Position numbers and translations under genes: made by a program. Below are positions 13,130 to 26,353 of a DNA stretch of 64,000 bases, in pieces (positions within the stretch are counted from its first letter, which is position 1; the number at the start of each line of letters is the position of its first letter). Origin of the DNA: Balanoglossus misakiensis (taxonomy: Eukaryota > Animalia > Hemichordata); contig CM082589.2 of NCBI GenBank assembly GCA_040954595.2, positions 9,064,894 to 9,128,893 of the forward strand. The letters run 5' to 3'. Under the pieces are notes generated by a model. It saw only the letters and a list, made by a program, of their open reading frames with translations, had not been told where the DNA came from and made no database searches.

Positions 13130-16100
13130 TTCAGAAAAACAACTGTAGCAAAAAAACTGCAACTTTGTCAGCATAATTTCCAATTACAAAAATGATGGGC
13201 AGAAGGTAGTCTACCAGCATGCCAAATTTGAAGTCGATCTCACTTGTAGTTTCTGAGATCTGAGATTTGCATTTTTTCAGAAAATCCAAGATGGCCGCCA
13301 TGTCACGTGACTAATTAAGTATTCACAAGTCACTGCACATCTACTCATTGACCTTGACCACTGTAGATAGTTTGAGAACTGTACCTGCAGCGGTGTCTGA
13401 GATCTAGAGCGATAAAGAATGGAACCAAGAATAAAGAAAGAAAGAAAGACAGAAAAACCCCAGCGAAACCAATACGGGCCCAAGCCTGGCTTGGCTTGGG
13501 CCCGTAATTAAAGCTGCAAGCAGCATTGTCCGGGCCCAAGCTTTATTATCTGATCTGATTATTAGATATGCACATAATTAATGAGTAGAAACATAATGCT
13601 GTGTTTTATCCCATGAAATATCATGGTTATATCTATGTTTAGTACTGATATAGTGTTAAGTAGGTCAAAGGTCACTCAGAGGTCACCCACAATTTGGGCA
13701 GAAAATTTTGACCCATAGTTGTCCATGTCGAACAAAAACCAGACCTCTAGCACTTTTGGTTAGCCCGGAATTAGGTATGCACATAAATAATGAGTTAAGC
13801 AGGTGTCACAGGTGACCCAAAACTTTGGCTTTTCATTATGGCCCCATACCTCCAAACACCAAGGCTGTATCTGCTGTGGATGCTGAGATTTGCAAAAGTA
13901 AGTCAAAGGTCACCAGAGGTCACCCAACATTTGGGTAAAATTTTTTGACCCCATACTAGTCCTGTCCAACAAAAACAAAACCTCTAGGTCTATTGGTTCG
14001 CCTGTAATTAGCTATGCACATAATTAATGAGGTCAGCAGGGGTCAAAGGGGTCATGAAAAGTAGCAAAATATTTTGATCACACACTAATCCACATACATC
14101 AAAAACCAAACTTATAGCCCTAGTGGTTAGCCTGGAATTAGATATGCAGAAAAATGATGCATCAAAAGTAGGTCAAAGGTCATTGCCAAAATTACCAAAA
14201 TATTTATAGCACATTGTAGTCATATGATGATTCATATCCATAAAAAGAATGTCTGTGCTATCAATTTTTAGTCTAGAAAGGGAATTTTTACTTTTTAATC
14301 GTTTTACACAAAATCCAATATGGCCGCCATAATCTTCGACCAATCACAATGCTCTTCGCAAACTTGATAGACATCTGATTAATGACCACACACACCAAAT
14401 CTTGTGACTCGGTTATCGCTGGTTCTTGAGAAGAAGATTTTTGAAATTTTACTAGGGTTTTTCGAAAATCCAATATGGCCGCCATAATCTTCGACCAATC
14501 ACAATGATCTTCGCAAACTTGATAGACCTCAGTTTGGTGACCACATACCCCAAACCCAGTGTCTCGGTTATCACCGGTTCTGGAGAAGAAGATTTTTGAA
14601 ATTTAAGCCAGATTTCAGAAAAAAAATTGTAGCAAAAAAACTGCAACTTTTTCAGCATAATTTCCAATTACAAAAATGATAAGCAGAAGGTAGTCTACCT
14701 GCACGCCAAATTTGAAGTCGATCTGACTTGTAGTTTCTGAGATCTGAGATTTGCATATTTTCAGAAAATCCAAGATGGCTGCCAGGTCATGTGACTAATT
14801 AGAAATTCAAGGGTTCAATGCACGACTACTCATTGACCTTGACCACTGTAGCAAGTTTCAGAAGTGTACCTGCAGTGGTGTCTGAGATCTAGAGCGACAA
14901 AGAATTGACACAAGAATAAAGAAAGAAGAAAGAAAGAAAGATTAAAGCTGCAAGCAGCATTGTCCGGGCCCAAGCTCTATTATCTGATCTGATTATTAGA
15001 TATGCACATAATTAATGAGTAGAAACATAATGCTGTGTTTTATCCCATGAAATATCAAGATTATATCTATGTTTAGTGCTGATATAGTGTTAAGTAGGTC
15101 AGAGGTCACCCACAGTTTGGGCAGAAAATTTTGACCCATAGTGGTCCATGTCCAACAAAAACCAGACCTCTAACCCTTTTGGTTAGCCCGGAATTAGGTA
15201 TGCACATAAATAATGAGTTAAGCAGGTGTCACAGGTGACCCAAAACTTTGGCTTTTCATTATGGCACCATACCTCCAAACGCCAAGGCTGTATCTGCTGT
15301 GGATGCTGAGATTTGCGAAATTAGGTCAAAGGTCACCAGAGGTCACCTAAAATTTGGGTAAAAAATTTTGACCCTATACTTGTCCTGTCCAACAAAAACA
15401 AAACCTCTAGGTCTATTGGTTCATCTGTAATTAGGTATGCGCATATTTAATGAGGTCAGCAGAGGTCAAAGGGGTCATGAAAAGTACCAAAATTTTTTGA
15501 TCACATACAAATCCACATACATCAAAAACCAAACTTATAGCCCTATTGGTTAGCCTGGAATTAGATATGCAGAAAATTAATGCGTCAAAAGTAGGTCAAA
15601 GGTCATTGCCAAAATTACCAAAATATTTATAGCTTATTCTTGTTATATGATGATTCATATCCATAAAAAGAATTTCTGTGCTATCAATTTTTAGGCTAGA
15701 AAGGGAATTTTTACTTTTTAATCGTTTTTCACAAAATCCAATATGGCCGCCATAATCTTCGACCAATCACATTCCTCTTCGCAAACTTGATAGACATCTG
15801 TTGAATGACCACACACACAAAATCTTGTGACTCGGTTATCGCCGGTTCTCGAGAAGAAGATTTTTGAAATTTTACTAGGGTTTTTCGAAAATCCAATATG
15901 GCCGCCATAATCTTCGACCAATCACAATGATCTTCGCAAACTTGATAGACATCAGTTAGGTGACCACATACCCCAAACCCCATGTCTCGGTTATCACCAG
16001 TTCTGGAGAAGAAGATTTTTGAAATTTAAGCCAGATTTCAGAAAAAAAATTGTAGCAAAAAAACTGCAACATTGACAGCATAATTTCCAATTACAAAAAT

Positions 16101-16360
16101 GTTTGACAGAAGGTAGTCTACCTGCACGCCAAATTTGAAGTCGATCTGACTTGTAGTTTCTGAGATCTGAGATTTGCATTTTTTCAGAAAATCCAAGATG
16201 GCCGCCAGGTCATGTGACTAATTAAAAATTCATGGGTTCAATGCACGACTACTCATTGACCTTGACCACTGTAGCAAGTTTGAGAACTGTACCTGCAGTG
16301 GTGTCTGAGATCTAGAGCGACAAAGAAATGACAGAAGAATAAAGAAAGAAAGAAAGAAAG
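13130..16360 (+). repeat. Segmental duplicate of ~5830-9060 (offset 7301)
   Basis: Identical spurious ORF translations at a constant offset (5976/13277, 6987/14288, 8417/15718, 8693/15994) and shared private variants. Boundaries are approximate. Confidence 0.9.
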
Positions 16361-18000
16361 AAAAACCCCAACGAAACCAATAGGGCCCAAGCGCTGGTAT
16401 GCGCTTGGGCCCTAATTAAAGCTGCAAGCAGCATTGTCCGGGCCCAAGCTTTATTATCTGATCTAATTATTAGATATGCACATAATTAATGAGTAGAAAC
16501 ATAATGCTGTGTTTTATCCCATGAAATATCAAGGTTATATCTATGTTTGGTGTTGATATAGTGTTAAGTAGGTCAAAGGTCACCCAGAGGTCACCCACAA
16601 TTTGGGCAGAAAATTTTGACCCATAGTGGTCCATGTCCAACAAAAACCAGATCTCTAGCCCTTTTGGTTAGCCCGGAATTAGGTATGCACATAAATAATG
16701 AGTTAAGCAGGTGTCACAGGTGACCTAAAACTTTGGCTTTTCATTATGGCCCCATACCTCCAAACGCCAAGGCTGTATCTGCTGTGGATGCTGAGATATG
16801 CGAAAGTAGGTCAAAGGTCACCAGAGGTCACCCAACATTTGGGCAAAAATTTTTGATCCCATACTGGTCCATGTCCAACAAAAACCAAACCTCTAGCTCT
16901 ATTGGTTCGCCTGTAATTAGCTATGCACATATTTAATGAGGTCAGCAGAGGTCAAAGGGGTCATGAAAAGTAGCAAAATTTTTTGATCACATACAAATCC
17001 ACATACATCAAAAACCAAACTTATAGCCCTATTGGTTAGCCTGGAATTAGATATGCAGAAAAATGATGCGTCAAAAGTAGGTCAAAGGTCATTGCCAAAA
17101 TTACCAAAATATTTATAGCTCATTCTTGGCATATGATGATTCATATCCATAAAAAGAATTTCTGTGCTATCAATTTTTAGGCTAGAAAGGGAATTTTTAC
17201 TTTTTAATCATTTTTCACAAAATCCAATATGGCCGCCATAATCTTCGACCAATCACAATGCTCTTTGCAAACTTGATAGACATCAGTATAGTGACCATAC
17301 TGCCCAAATCTTGTGACTCAGTTATTGCCGGTTCTTGAGAAGAAGATTTTTGAAGTTTTACTATGGTTTTTCGAAAATCCAATATGGCCGCCATAATCTT
17401 CGACCAATCACAATGATCTTCGCAAACTTGATAGACCTCAGCTTGGTGACCACATACCCAAAACCAAAAAGGTCAGCAGAGGTCAAAGGGGTCATGAAAA
17501 GTAGCACAATATTTTGATCACACACTAATCCACATTCATCAAAAACCAAACGTCTAGCCCTATAGGTTAGCCTGGAATTAGATATGCAGAAATACTAACG
17601 CGTGATAAGTAGGTCAAAGGTCATGTGAAAAATCGCCAAAAAATTGTAACATATTTTAGTCACATGACGATTGATATCCATAAAAAGAATTTGTATGCTA
17701 TCAATTTTTAGACTAGAAAAAGGAATTTCAATTTTTCACTGCTTTTTACAAAATCCAATATGGCCGCCATAATCTTCGACCAATCACAATGCTCTTTGCA
17801 AACTTGATAGACATCAGTGTAGTGACCATACTCCCCGAATCTTGCGACTCAGTCATCGCCCGTTCTTGAGAAGAAGATTTTTTGAGTTTAACTATGGTTT
17901 TTCTAAAATCCAATATGGCCGCCATAATCTTCGACCAATCACAATGATCTTCGCAAACTTGATAGACATCAGTTAGGTGACCACATACCCCAAACCCCGT
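16361..18000 (+). repeat. Segmental duplicate of ~10540-13075 with an internal ~0.9-kb deletion at ~17466
   Basis: ORF 10913 equals ORF 16733 (offset 5820). After CCCAAAACC at 17465 the sequence jumps to match 12547 onward (offset ~4924). Confidence 0.8.
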
Positions 18001-21000
18001 GTCTCGGTTATCACCGGTTCTGGAGAAGAAGATTTTTGAAATTTAAGCCAGATTTCAGAAAAAAAATTGTAGCAAAAAAACTGCAACATTGACAGCAAAA
18101 TTTCCAATTACAAAAATGATGGGCAGAAGGTAGTCTACCTGCATGCCAAATTTGAAGTCGATCTGACTTGTAGTTTCTGAGATCTGAGATTTGCATTTTT
18201 TCAGAAAATCCAATATGGCCGCCAGGTCACGTGACTAATTAAGAATTCACAAATCACTGCACATCTACTCATTGACCTTGACCACTGTGGCAAGTTTGAG
18301 CAGTGTACCTGCAGTAGTTTCTGAGATTTAGTTGGCCGAAGAATTGACACAAGAATAAAGAAAGAAAGAAAGAAAGAATTAAAGCTGCAAGCAGCATTGT
18401 CCGGGCCCAAGCTCTATTATCTGATCTGATTATTAGATATGCATATAATTAATGAGTAGAAACATAATGCTGTGTTTTATTCCATGAAATATCAAGGTTA
18501 TATGTATGTTTGGTGTTGATATAGTGTTAAGTAGGTCAAAGGTCACCCAGAGGTCACCCATAATTTTGGCAGAAAATTTTGACCCATAGTCGTCCATGTC
18601 CAACAAAAACCAGACCTCTAGCCCTTTTGGTTAGCCCGGAATTAGGTATGCACATAAATAATGAGTTAAGCAGGTGTCACAGGTGACCCAAAACTTTGGC
18701 TTTTCATTATGGCCCCATACCTCCAAACACCAAGGCTGTATCTGCTGTGGATGTCGAGATATGCAAAAGTAGGTCAAAGGTCACCCGAGGTCACCCAACA
18801 TTTGGGCAAAATATTTTGACCCCATACTGGTCCATGTATAACAAAAACAAAACCTCTAGGTCTATTGGTTCATCATTAATTAGGTAAGCGCATATTTAAT
18901 GAGGTCACCAGAGGTCAAAGGGGTCATGAAAAGTAGCAAAATTTTTTGATCACATACAAATCCACATACATCAAAAAACAAACTTATAGCCCTATTGGTT
19001 AGCCTGGAATTAGATATGCAGAAAAATGATTCGTCAAAAGTAGGTCAAAGGTCATTGCCAAAATTACCAAAATATTTATAGCTTATTCTTGTCATATGAT
19101 GATTCATATCCATCAAAGGAATTTCTGTGCTATCAATTTTTAGGCTAGAAAGGGAATTTTTACTTTTTAATCGTTTTTCACAAAATCCAATATGGCCGCC
19201 ATAATCTTCGACCAATCACATTCCTCTTCGCAAACTTGATAGAAGTTGAATGACCACACACACAAAATCTTGTGACTCGGTTATCGCCGGTTCTCGAGAA
19301 GAAGATTTTTGAAATTTTACTAGGGTTTTTCGAAAATCCAATATGGCCGCCATAATCTTCGACCAATCACAATGATCTTCGCAAACTTGATAGACATCAG
19401 TTAGGTGACCACATACCCCAAACCCCGTGTCTCGGTTATCACCGGTTCTGGAGAAGAAGATTTTTGAAATTTAAGCCAGATTTCAGAAAAAAAATTGTAG
19501 CAAAAAAACTGCAACATTGACAGCATAATTTCCAATTACAAAAATGTTTGACAGAAGGTAGTCTACCTGCACGCCAAATTTGAAGTCGATCTGACTTGTA
19601 GTTTCTGAGATCTGAGATTTGCATTTTTTCAGAAAATCCAAGATGGCCGCCAGGTCATGTGACTAATTAAAAATTCATGGGTTCAATGCACGACTCCTCA
19701 TTGACCTTGACCACTGTAGCAAGTTTGAGAACTGTACCTGCAGTGGTGTCTGAGATCTAGAGCGACAAAGAAATGACAGAAGAATAAAGAAAGAAAGAAA
19801 GAAAGAAAGATTAAAGCTGCAAGCAGCATTGTCGGGCCCAAGCGCTGATCTTGAATTACATATGCACAGTATGAATGAGAAGAAACAGAATTTTCTATCA
19901 GATGTATTATCTCATGACATAAAAGGATGTGTGTATTTTTGCTGCTGAAATAGAGTAAAGTAGGTCAAAGGTCACCTCAGGTCACCCAACATTTGGGTAA
20001 TTTTTTTTTACCCATACTGGTCCATGTCCAACAAAAACCAAAACTCTAGCTCTATTGGTTCACCTGTAATAAGGTATGTGCATATTTAATGAGGTCAACA
20101 GGTGTCACAGGTGACCCAAAAATGTGGCTTTACATTTTGGTCCCATCCTGCCAAATGCCAACGCTGTATCTGTTCTGGATGCTGAGATACGCGAAAATAG
20201 GTCAAAGGTCACCAGAGGTCACCCAACATTTGGGCAAAAAATTTTGATCCCATACTGGTCCATGTCCAACAAAAACCAAACCTCTAGCTCTATTGGTTCG
20301 CACGAAATTAGCTATGCACATAATTAATGAGGTCAGCAGAGGTCAAAGGGGTCATGGAAAGTAGCAAAATATTTTGATCATTCACTTATCCACATGCATC
20401 AAAAACCAAACGTCTACCCCTATAGGTTAGCCTGGAATTAGATATGCAGAAATAATAACGCGTAAAAAGTAGGTCAAAGGTCATGTGAAAAATCGACAAA
20501 AATTTGTAACATATTTTAGTCACATAACGATTGATATCCATGAAAAGAATTTGTATGCTATCAATTTTTAGTCTAGAAAAAGGAATTTCAATTTTTCATT
20601 GCTTTTTACAAAATCAAATATTGCCGCCATAATCTTCGACCAATCACAATGCTCCTGGCAAACTTGATAGACATCAGTGTAGTGACCATACTCCCCAAAT
20701 CTTGCGACTCAGTTATTGCCCGTTCTGGAGAAGAAGATTTTTGGAGTTTTACTATGGTTTTTCGAAAATCCAATATGGCCGCCATAATCTTCGCCCAATC
20801 ACAATGATCTTCGCAAACTTGATAGACATATGTTAGGTGACCACATACATCAAACCGCGTGACTCGGTTATCACCGGTTCTGGAGAAGAAGATTTTTGAA
20901 ATTTTGACCAGATTTCAGAAAAACAACTGTAGCAAAAAAACTGCAACATTGACAGCAAAATATCCAATTACAAAAATGACGGGCAGAAGGTAGACTACCT

Positions 21001-22759
21001 GCACGCCAAATCTGAAGTCGATCTGACTTGTAGTTTCTGAGATCTGAGATTTGCATTTTTTCAGAAAATCCAATATGGCCGCCATGTCACGTGACTAATT
21101 AAATATTCACAAGCCACTGCACATCTACTCATTGACCTTGACCACTGTAGCAAGTTTGAGCAGTGTACCTGCAGTAGTTTCAGAGATCTTGTTGGCCGAA
21201 GAATTGACAGGAGAATAAAGAAAGAAAGAAAGAAAGATTAAAGCTGCAAGCAGCATTGTCGGGCCCAAGCGCTGATCTTGAATTATATATGCACAGTATG
21301 AATGAGAAGAAACATAATTTTCTATCGGGTGTATTATCTCATGACATAACAAGGGCGTATTTATTTTTGCTGCTGAAATAGGGTAAAGTAGGTCAAAGGT
21401 CACCTGAGGTCATCCAACATTTGGGCAAAAAATTTTGACCCATGCTGGGCCATGTCCAACAAAAACCAAAACTCTAGCTCTATTGGTTCGCGTGTAATTA
21501 GGTATGTGCATATTTAATGAGGTCAGCAGGTGTCACAGGTGAGCCAAAAATTTGGCTTTACATTTAGGTCCCATCCTGCCAAATGCCAAGGCTGTATCTG
21601 CTCTGGATGTTGAGATATGCGAAAGTAGGTCAAAGGTCACCAGAGGTCACCCAACATTTGGGCAAAAAATTTTGATCCCATACAGGTCCATGTCCAACAA
21701 AAACCAAACCTCTAGCTCTATTGGTTCGCCTGTAATTAGCTATGCACATAATTAATGAGGTAAGCAGAGGTCAAAGGGGTCATGGAAAGTAGCAAAATAT
21801 TGTGATCACACACTTATCCACATGCATCAAAAACCAAACATCTAGCCCTATAGGTTAGCCTGGAATTAGATATGCAGAAATAATAACATGTGAAAAGTAG
21901 GTCAAAGGTCATGTGAAAAATCGCCAAAAATTTGTAACATATTTTAGTCACATGACGATTGATATCCATACAAAGAATTTCTATGCTATCAATGTTTAGA
22001 GTAGAAAAAGGAATTTCAATTTTTCAATGCTTTTTACAAAATCCAATATGGCCGCCATAATCTTCGACCAATCACAATGTTCTTTGCAAACTTGATAGAC
22101 ATCAGTGTAGTGACCATACTCCCCGAATCTTGTGACTCAGTTATCGCCCGTTCTGGAGAAGAAGATTTGGGGAGTTTTACTAGGGTTTTTCGAAAATCCA
22201 ATATGGCCGCCATAATCTTCGACCAATCACAATGATCTTCGCAAACTTGATAGACCTCAGTTAGGTGACCCCATACCCCAAACCGCGTGACTCTGTTATC
22301 GCCGGTTCTGGAGAAGAAGATTTTTGAAATTTTGACCAGATTTCAGAAAAACAACTGTAGCAAAAAAACTGCAACATTGACAGCAAAATATCCAATTACA
22401 AAAATGATGGGCAGAAGGTACCCTACCAGCACGCCAAATCTGAAGTAAATCTGACTTGTAGTTTCTGAGATCTCAGATTTGCATTTTTTCAGAAAATCCA
22501 ATATGGCCGCCATGTCACGTGACTAATTAAAAATTCATGGGTTCAATGCACGACTACTCATTGACCTTGACCACTGTAGCAAGTTTGAGAACTGTACCTG
22601 CAGCGGTGTCTGAGATCTAGAGCGATAAAAAATGGACAGGAGAATAAAGAAAGAAAGAAAGAAAGAAAGATTAAAGCTGCAAGCAGCATTGTCCGGGCCC
22701 AAGCTCTATTATCTGATCTGATATCAGATATGCACATAATTAATGAGTAGAAACATAAT

Positions 22760-24570
22760 GCTGTTTTATCCCATGAAATATCAAGGTTATATGTATGTTT
22801 GGTGCTGTTAAAGTGTTAAGTAGGTCAAAGGTCACCCAGAGGTCACCCAACATTTGGGCAGAAAATTTTGACCCATAGTGGTCCATGTCCAACAAAAACC
22901 AGACCTCTAGCCCTTTTGGTTAGCCTGGAATTAGGTATGCACATAAATAATGCGTAAAGCAGGTGTCACAGGTGACCCAAAACTTTGGCTTTTCATTATG
23001 GCCCCATACCTCCAAATGCCAAGGCTGTACCTGCATTGGATGCCGAGATATGCAAAAGTATGTCAAAGGTCATCTGAGGTCATCCACAATTTGGGCAGAA
23101 AATTTTGACCCATAGTGGTCCATGTCCAACAAAAAACAGACCTCTAGCCCTTTTGGTTAGCCTAGAATTAGGTATGCACATAATTAATGAGTTAAGCAGG
23201 TGTCACAGGTGACCCAAAACTTTGGCTTTTCATTATGGCCCCATACCTCCAAACGCCAAGGCTGTATCTGCTGTGGATGTCAAGATATGCAAAAGTAGGT
23301 CAAAGGTCACCCGAGGTCATCCAAAATTTGTGCAGAAAATTTTGACCCATAGTGGTCCATGTCCAACAAAAAACAGACCTCTAGCCCTTTTGGTTAGCCT
23401 AGAATTAGGTATGCACATAATTAATGAGTTAAGCAGGTGTCACAGGTGACCCAAAACTTTGGCTTTTCATTACCTCCAAACGCCAAGGCTGTATCTGCTG
23501 TGGATGTCAAGATATGCAAAAGTAGGTCAAAGGTCACCCGAGGTCACCCAACATTTGGGCAAAATATTTTGACCCCATACTGGTCCATGTATAACAAAAA
23601 CAAAACTTCTAGGTCTATTGGTTCATCTGTAATTAGGTATGTGCATATTTAATGAGGTCACCAGAGGTCAAAGGGGTCATGAAAAGTAGCAAAATTTTTG
23701 GATCACATACAAATCCACATACATCAAAAACCAAACTTATAGCCCTATTGGTTAGCCTGGAATTAGATATGCAGAAAAGTAGGTCAAAGGTCATTGCCAA
23801 AATTACCAAAATATTTATAGCTTATTCTTGACATATGATGATTCATATCCGTAAAAAGAATTTCTGTGCTATCAATTTTTAGGCTAGAAAGGGAATTTTT
23901 ACTTTTTAATCGTTTTTCACAAAATCCAATATGGCCGCCATAATCTTCGACCAATCACATTCCTCTTCGCAAATTTGATAGACATCTGTTTAATGACCAC
24001 ACACACCAAATCTTGTGACTCATTTATCGCCGGTTCTTGAGAAGAAGATTTTTGAAATTTTACTATGGTTTTTCGAAAATCCATAATGGCCGCCATAATC
24101 TTCAACCAATCACAATGATCTTCGCAAACTTGATAGACATCAGTTAGGTGACCACATACCCCAAACCGCGTGACTCGGTTATCACTGGTTCTGGAGAAGA
24201 AGATTTTTGAAATTTAAGCCAGATTTTAGAAAAAAAATTGTAGCAAAAAATTGCAACTTTGTCAGTATAATTTCCAATTACAAAAATGATTGCCAGAAGG
24301 TAGTCTACCAGCATGCCAAATTTGAAGTCGATCTGACTTGTAGTTTCTGAGATCTGAGATTTGCATTTTTTCAGAAAATCCAAGATGGCCGCCAGGTCAT
24401 GTGACTAATTAAAAATTCAAGGGTTCGATGCACGACTACTCATTGACCTTGACCACTGTAGCAAGTTTCAGAAGTGTACCTGCAGCGGTGTCTGAGATCT
24501 CGTGGGTCAAAGAATTGACACAAGAATAAAGAAAGAAAGAAAGAATTAAAGCTGCGAGCAGCATTGTCGG
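22760..24570 (+). repeat. Segmental duplicate of 1-~1810 (offset 22759)
   Basis: ORFs 463/23222, 678/23437 and 1385/24144 are identical, with shared private deletions (e.g. TTTCATTACCTCC). Confidence 0.9.
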
Positions 24571-25953
24571 GCCCAAGCGCTGATCTTGAATTATATATGC
24601 ACAGTATGAATGAGAAGAAACAGAATTTTCTATCGGATGTATTATCTCATGACATAACAAGGATGTGTGTATTTTTGCTGCTGAAATAGGGTGAAGTAGG
24701 TCAAAGGTCACCTGAGGTCACCCAACATTTGGGCAATTTTTGTTACCCATACTGGTCCATGTCCAACAAAAACCAAAACTCTAGCTCTATTGGTTCGCCT
24801 GTAATTAGGTATGTGCATATTTAATGAGGTCAGCAGGTGTTACAGGTGACCCAAAAATGTGGCTTTACATTTTGGTCCCATCCTACCAAATGCCATGGCT
24901 GTATCTGCTCTGCATGCTGAGATATGCGAAAGTAGGTCAAAGGTCACCAGAGGTCACCCAACATTTGGGCAAAAAAATGTTGATCCCATACTGGTCCATG
25001 TCCAACACAAACCAAACCTCTAGCTCTATCGGTTCGCCTGTAATTAGCTATGCACATAATTAATGAGGTCAGCAGAGGTCAAAGGGGTCATGAAAAGTAG
25101 CAAAATATTTTGATCACACACTAATCCACATTCATCAAAAACCAAACGTCTAGCCCTATAGGTTAGCCAGGAATTAGATATGCAGAAATAATAATGTGTG
25201 AAAAGTAGGTCAAAGGTCATGTGAAAAATCGCCAAAAATTTGTAACAAATTGTAGTCATATTACGATTGATATCCATAAAAAGAATTTGTATGCTATCAA
25301 TTTTTAGACTAGAAAAAGGAATTTTAATTTTTCACTGCTTTTTACAAAATCCAATATGGCCGCCATAATCTTCGACCAATCACAATGCTCTTTGCAAACT
25401 TGATAGACATCAGTATAGTGACCATACTCCCCGAATCTTGCGACTCAGTCATCGCCCGTTCTGGAGAAGAAGATTTTTGGAGTTTAACTATGGTTTTTCG
25501 AAAATCCAATATGGCCGCCATAATCTCCGACCAATCACAATGATCTTCGCAAACTTGATAGACATCAGTTAGGTGACCACATACCCTAAACCCTGTGTCT
25601 CGGTTATCACCGGTTCTGGAGAAGAAGATTTTTGAAATTTAAGCCAGATTTCAGAAAAAAAATTGTAGCAAAAAAACTGCAACATTGACAGCAAAATTTC
25701 CAATTACAAAAATGATGGGTAGAGGGTAGTCTACCTGCATGCCAAATTTGAAGTCGATCTGACTTGTAGTTTCTGAGATCTGAGATTTGCATTTTTTCAG
25801 AATATCCAATATGGCCGCCAGGTCACGTGACTAATTAAGTATTCACAAGTCACTGCACATCTACTCATTGACCTTGACCACTGTAGCAAGTTTGAGAAGT
25901 GTACCTGCAGTAGTTTCAGAGATCTCGTTGGCCGAAGAATTGACACAAGAATA

Positions 25954-25988
<35 letters not shown>

Positions 25989-25989
<1 letters not shown>

Positions 25990-26310
25990 AAAATTCCAAC
26001 GAAACCAATAGGGCCCAAGCGCTTGCTTGCGCTTGGGCCCTAAAAATTCCAACGAAACCAATACGGGCCCAAGCCTGGCTTGGCTTGGGCCCGTAAAAAA
26101 CCCCAACGAAACCAATAGGGCCCAAGCGCTTGCTTGCGCTTGGGCCCTAAAAAATTCCAACGAAACCAATAGGGCCCAAGCGCTTGCTTGCGCTTGGGCC
26201 CTAAAAACCCCAACGAAACCAATAGGGCCCAAGCGCTGGTATGCGCTTGGGCCCTAAAAAACCCCAACGAAACCAATAGGGCCCAAGCGCTGGCTTGCGC
26301 TTGGGCCCTA
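25989..26310 (-). repeat. Stack of six ~54-bp palindromic HINE 5' heads
   Basis: Six tandem AAAA(CCCC/TTCC)AACGAAACCAATA(C)GGGCCCAAGC...GCTTGGGCCC(G)TA units with 14-bp stems and differing loops. Confidence 0.95.
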
Positions 26311-26353
26311 ATTAAAGCTGCAAGCAGCATTGTCCGGGCCCAAGCTCTATTAT

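Larger units (their letters stand above)
1..26353 (-). mobile_element. Array of non-autonomous Helentron-associated (HINE-like) units, ~1.4-1.9 kb each, minus orientation
   Basis: The end motif ATTAAAGCTGCAAGCAGCATTGTC(C)GGGCCCAAGC (hairpin GCTGCAAGCAGC + subterminal IR) starts at 1786, 3504, 5043, 6206, 7640, 9061, 10595, 12024, 13507, 14941, 16415, 18378, 19810, 21237, 22670, 24545 and 26311. A (GAAA)n tract and a palindromic head lie at the other end. Palindromic subTIR + microsatellite + terminal hairpin is the established HINE/Helitron2 layout, and a Helentron RepHel ORF lies in the same window. Strand follows the convention head=5'. Confidence 0.8.
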
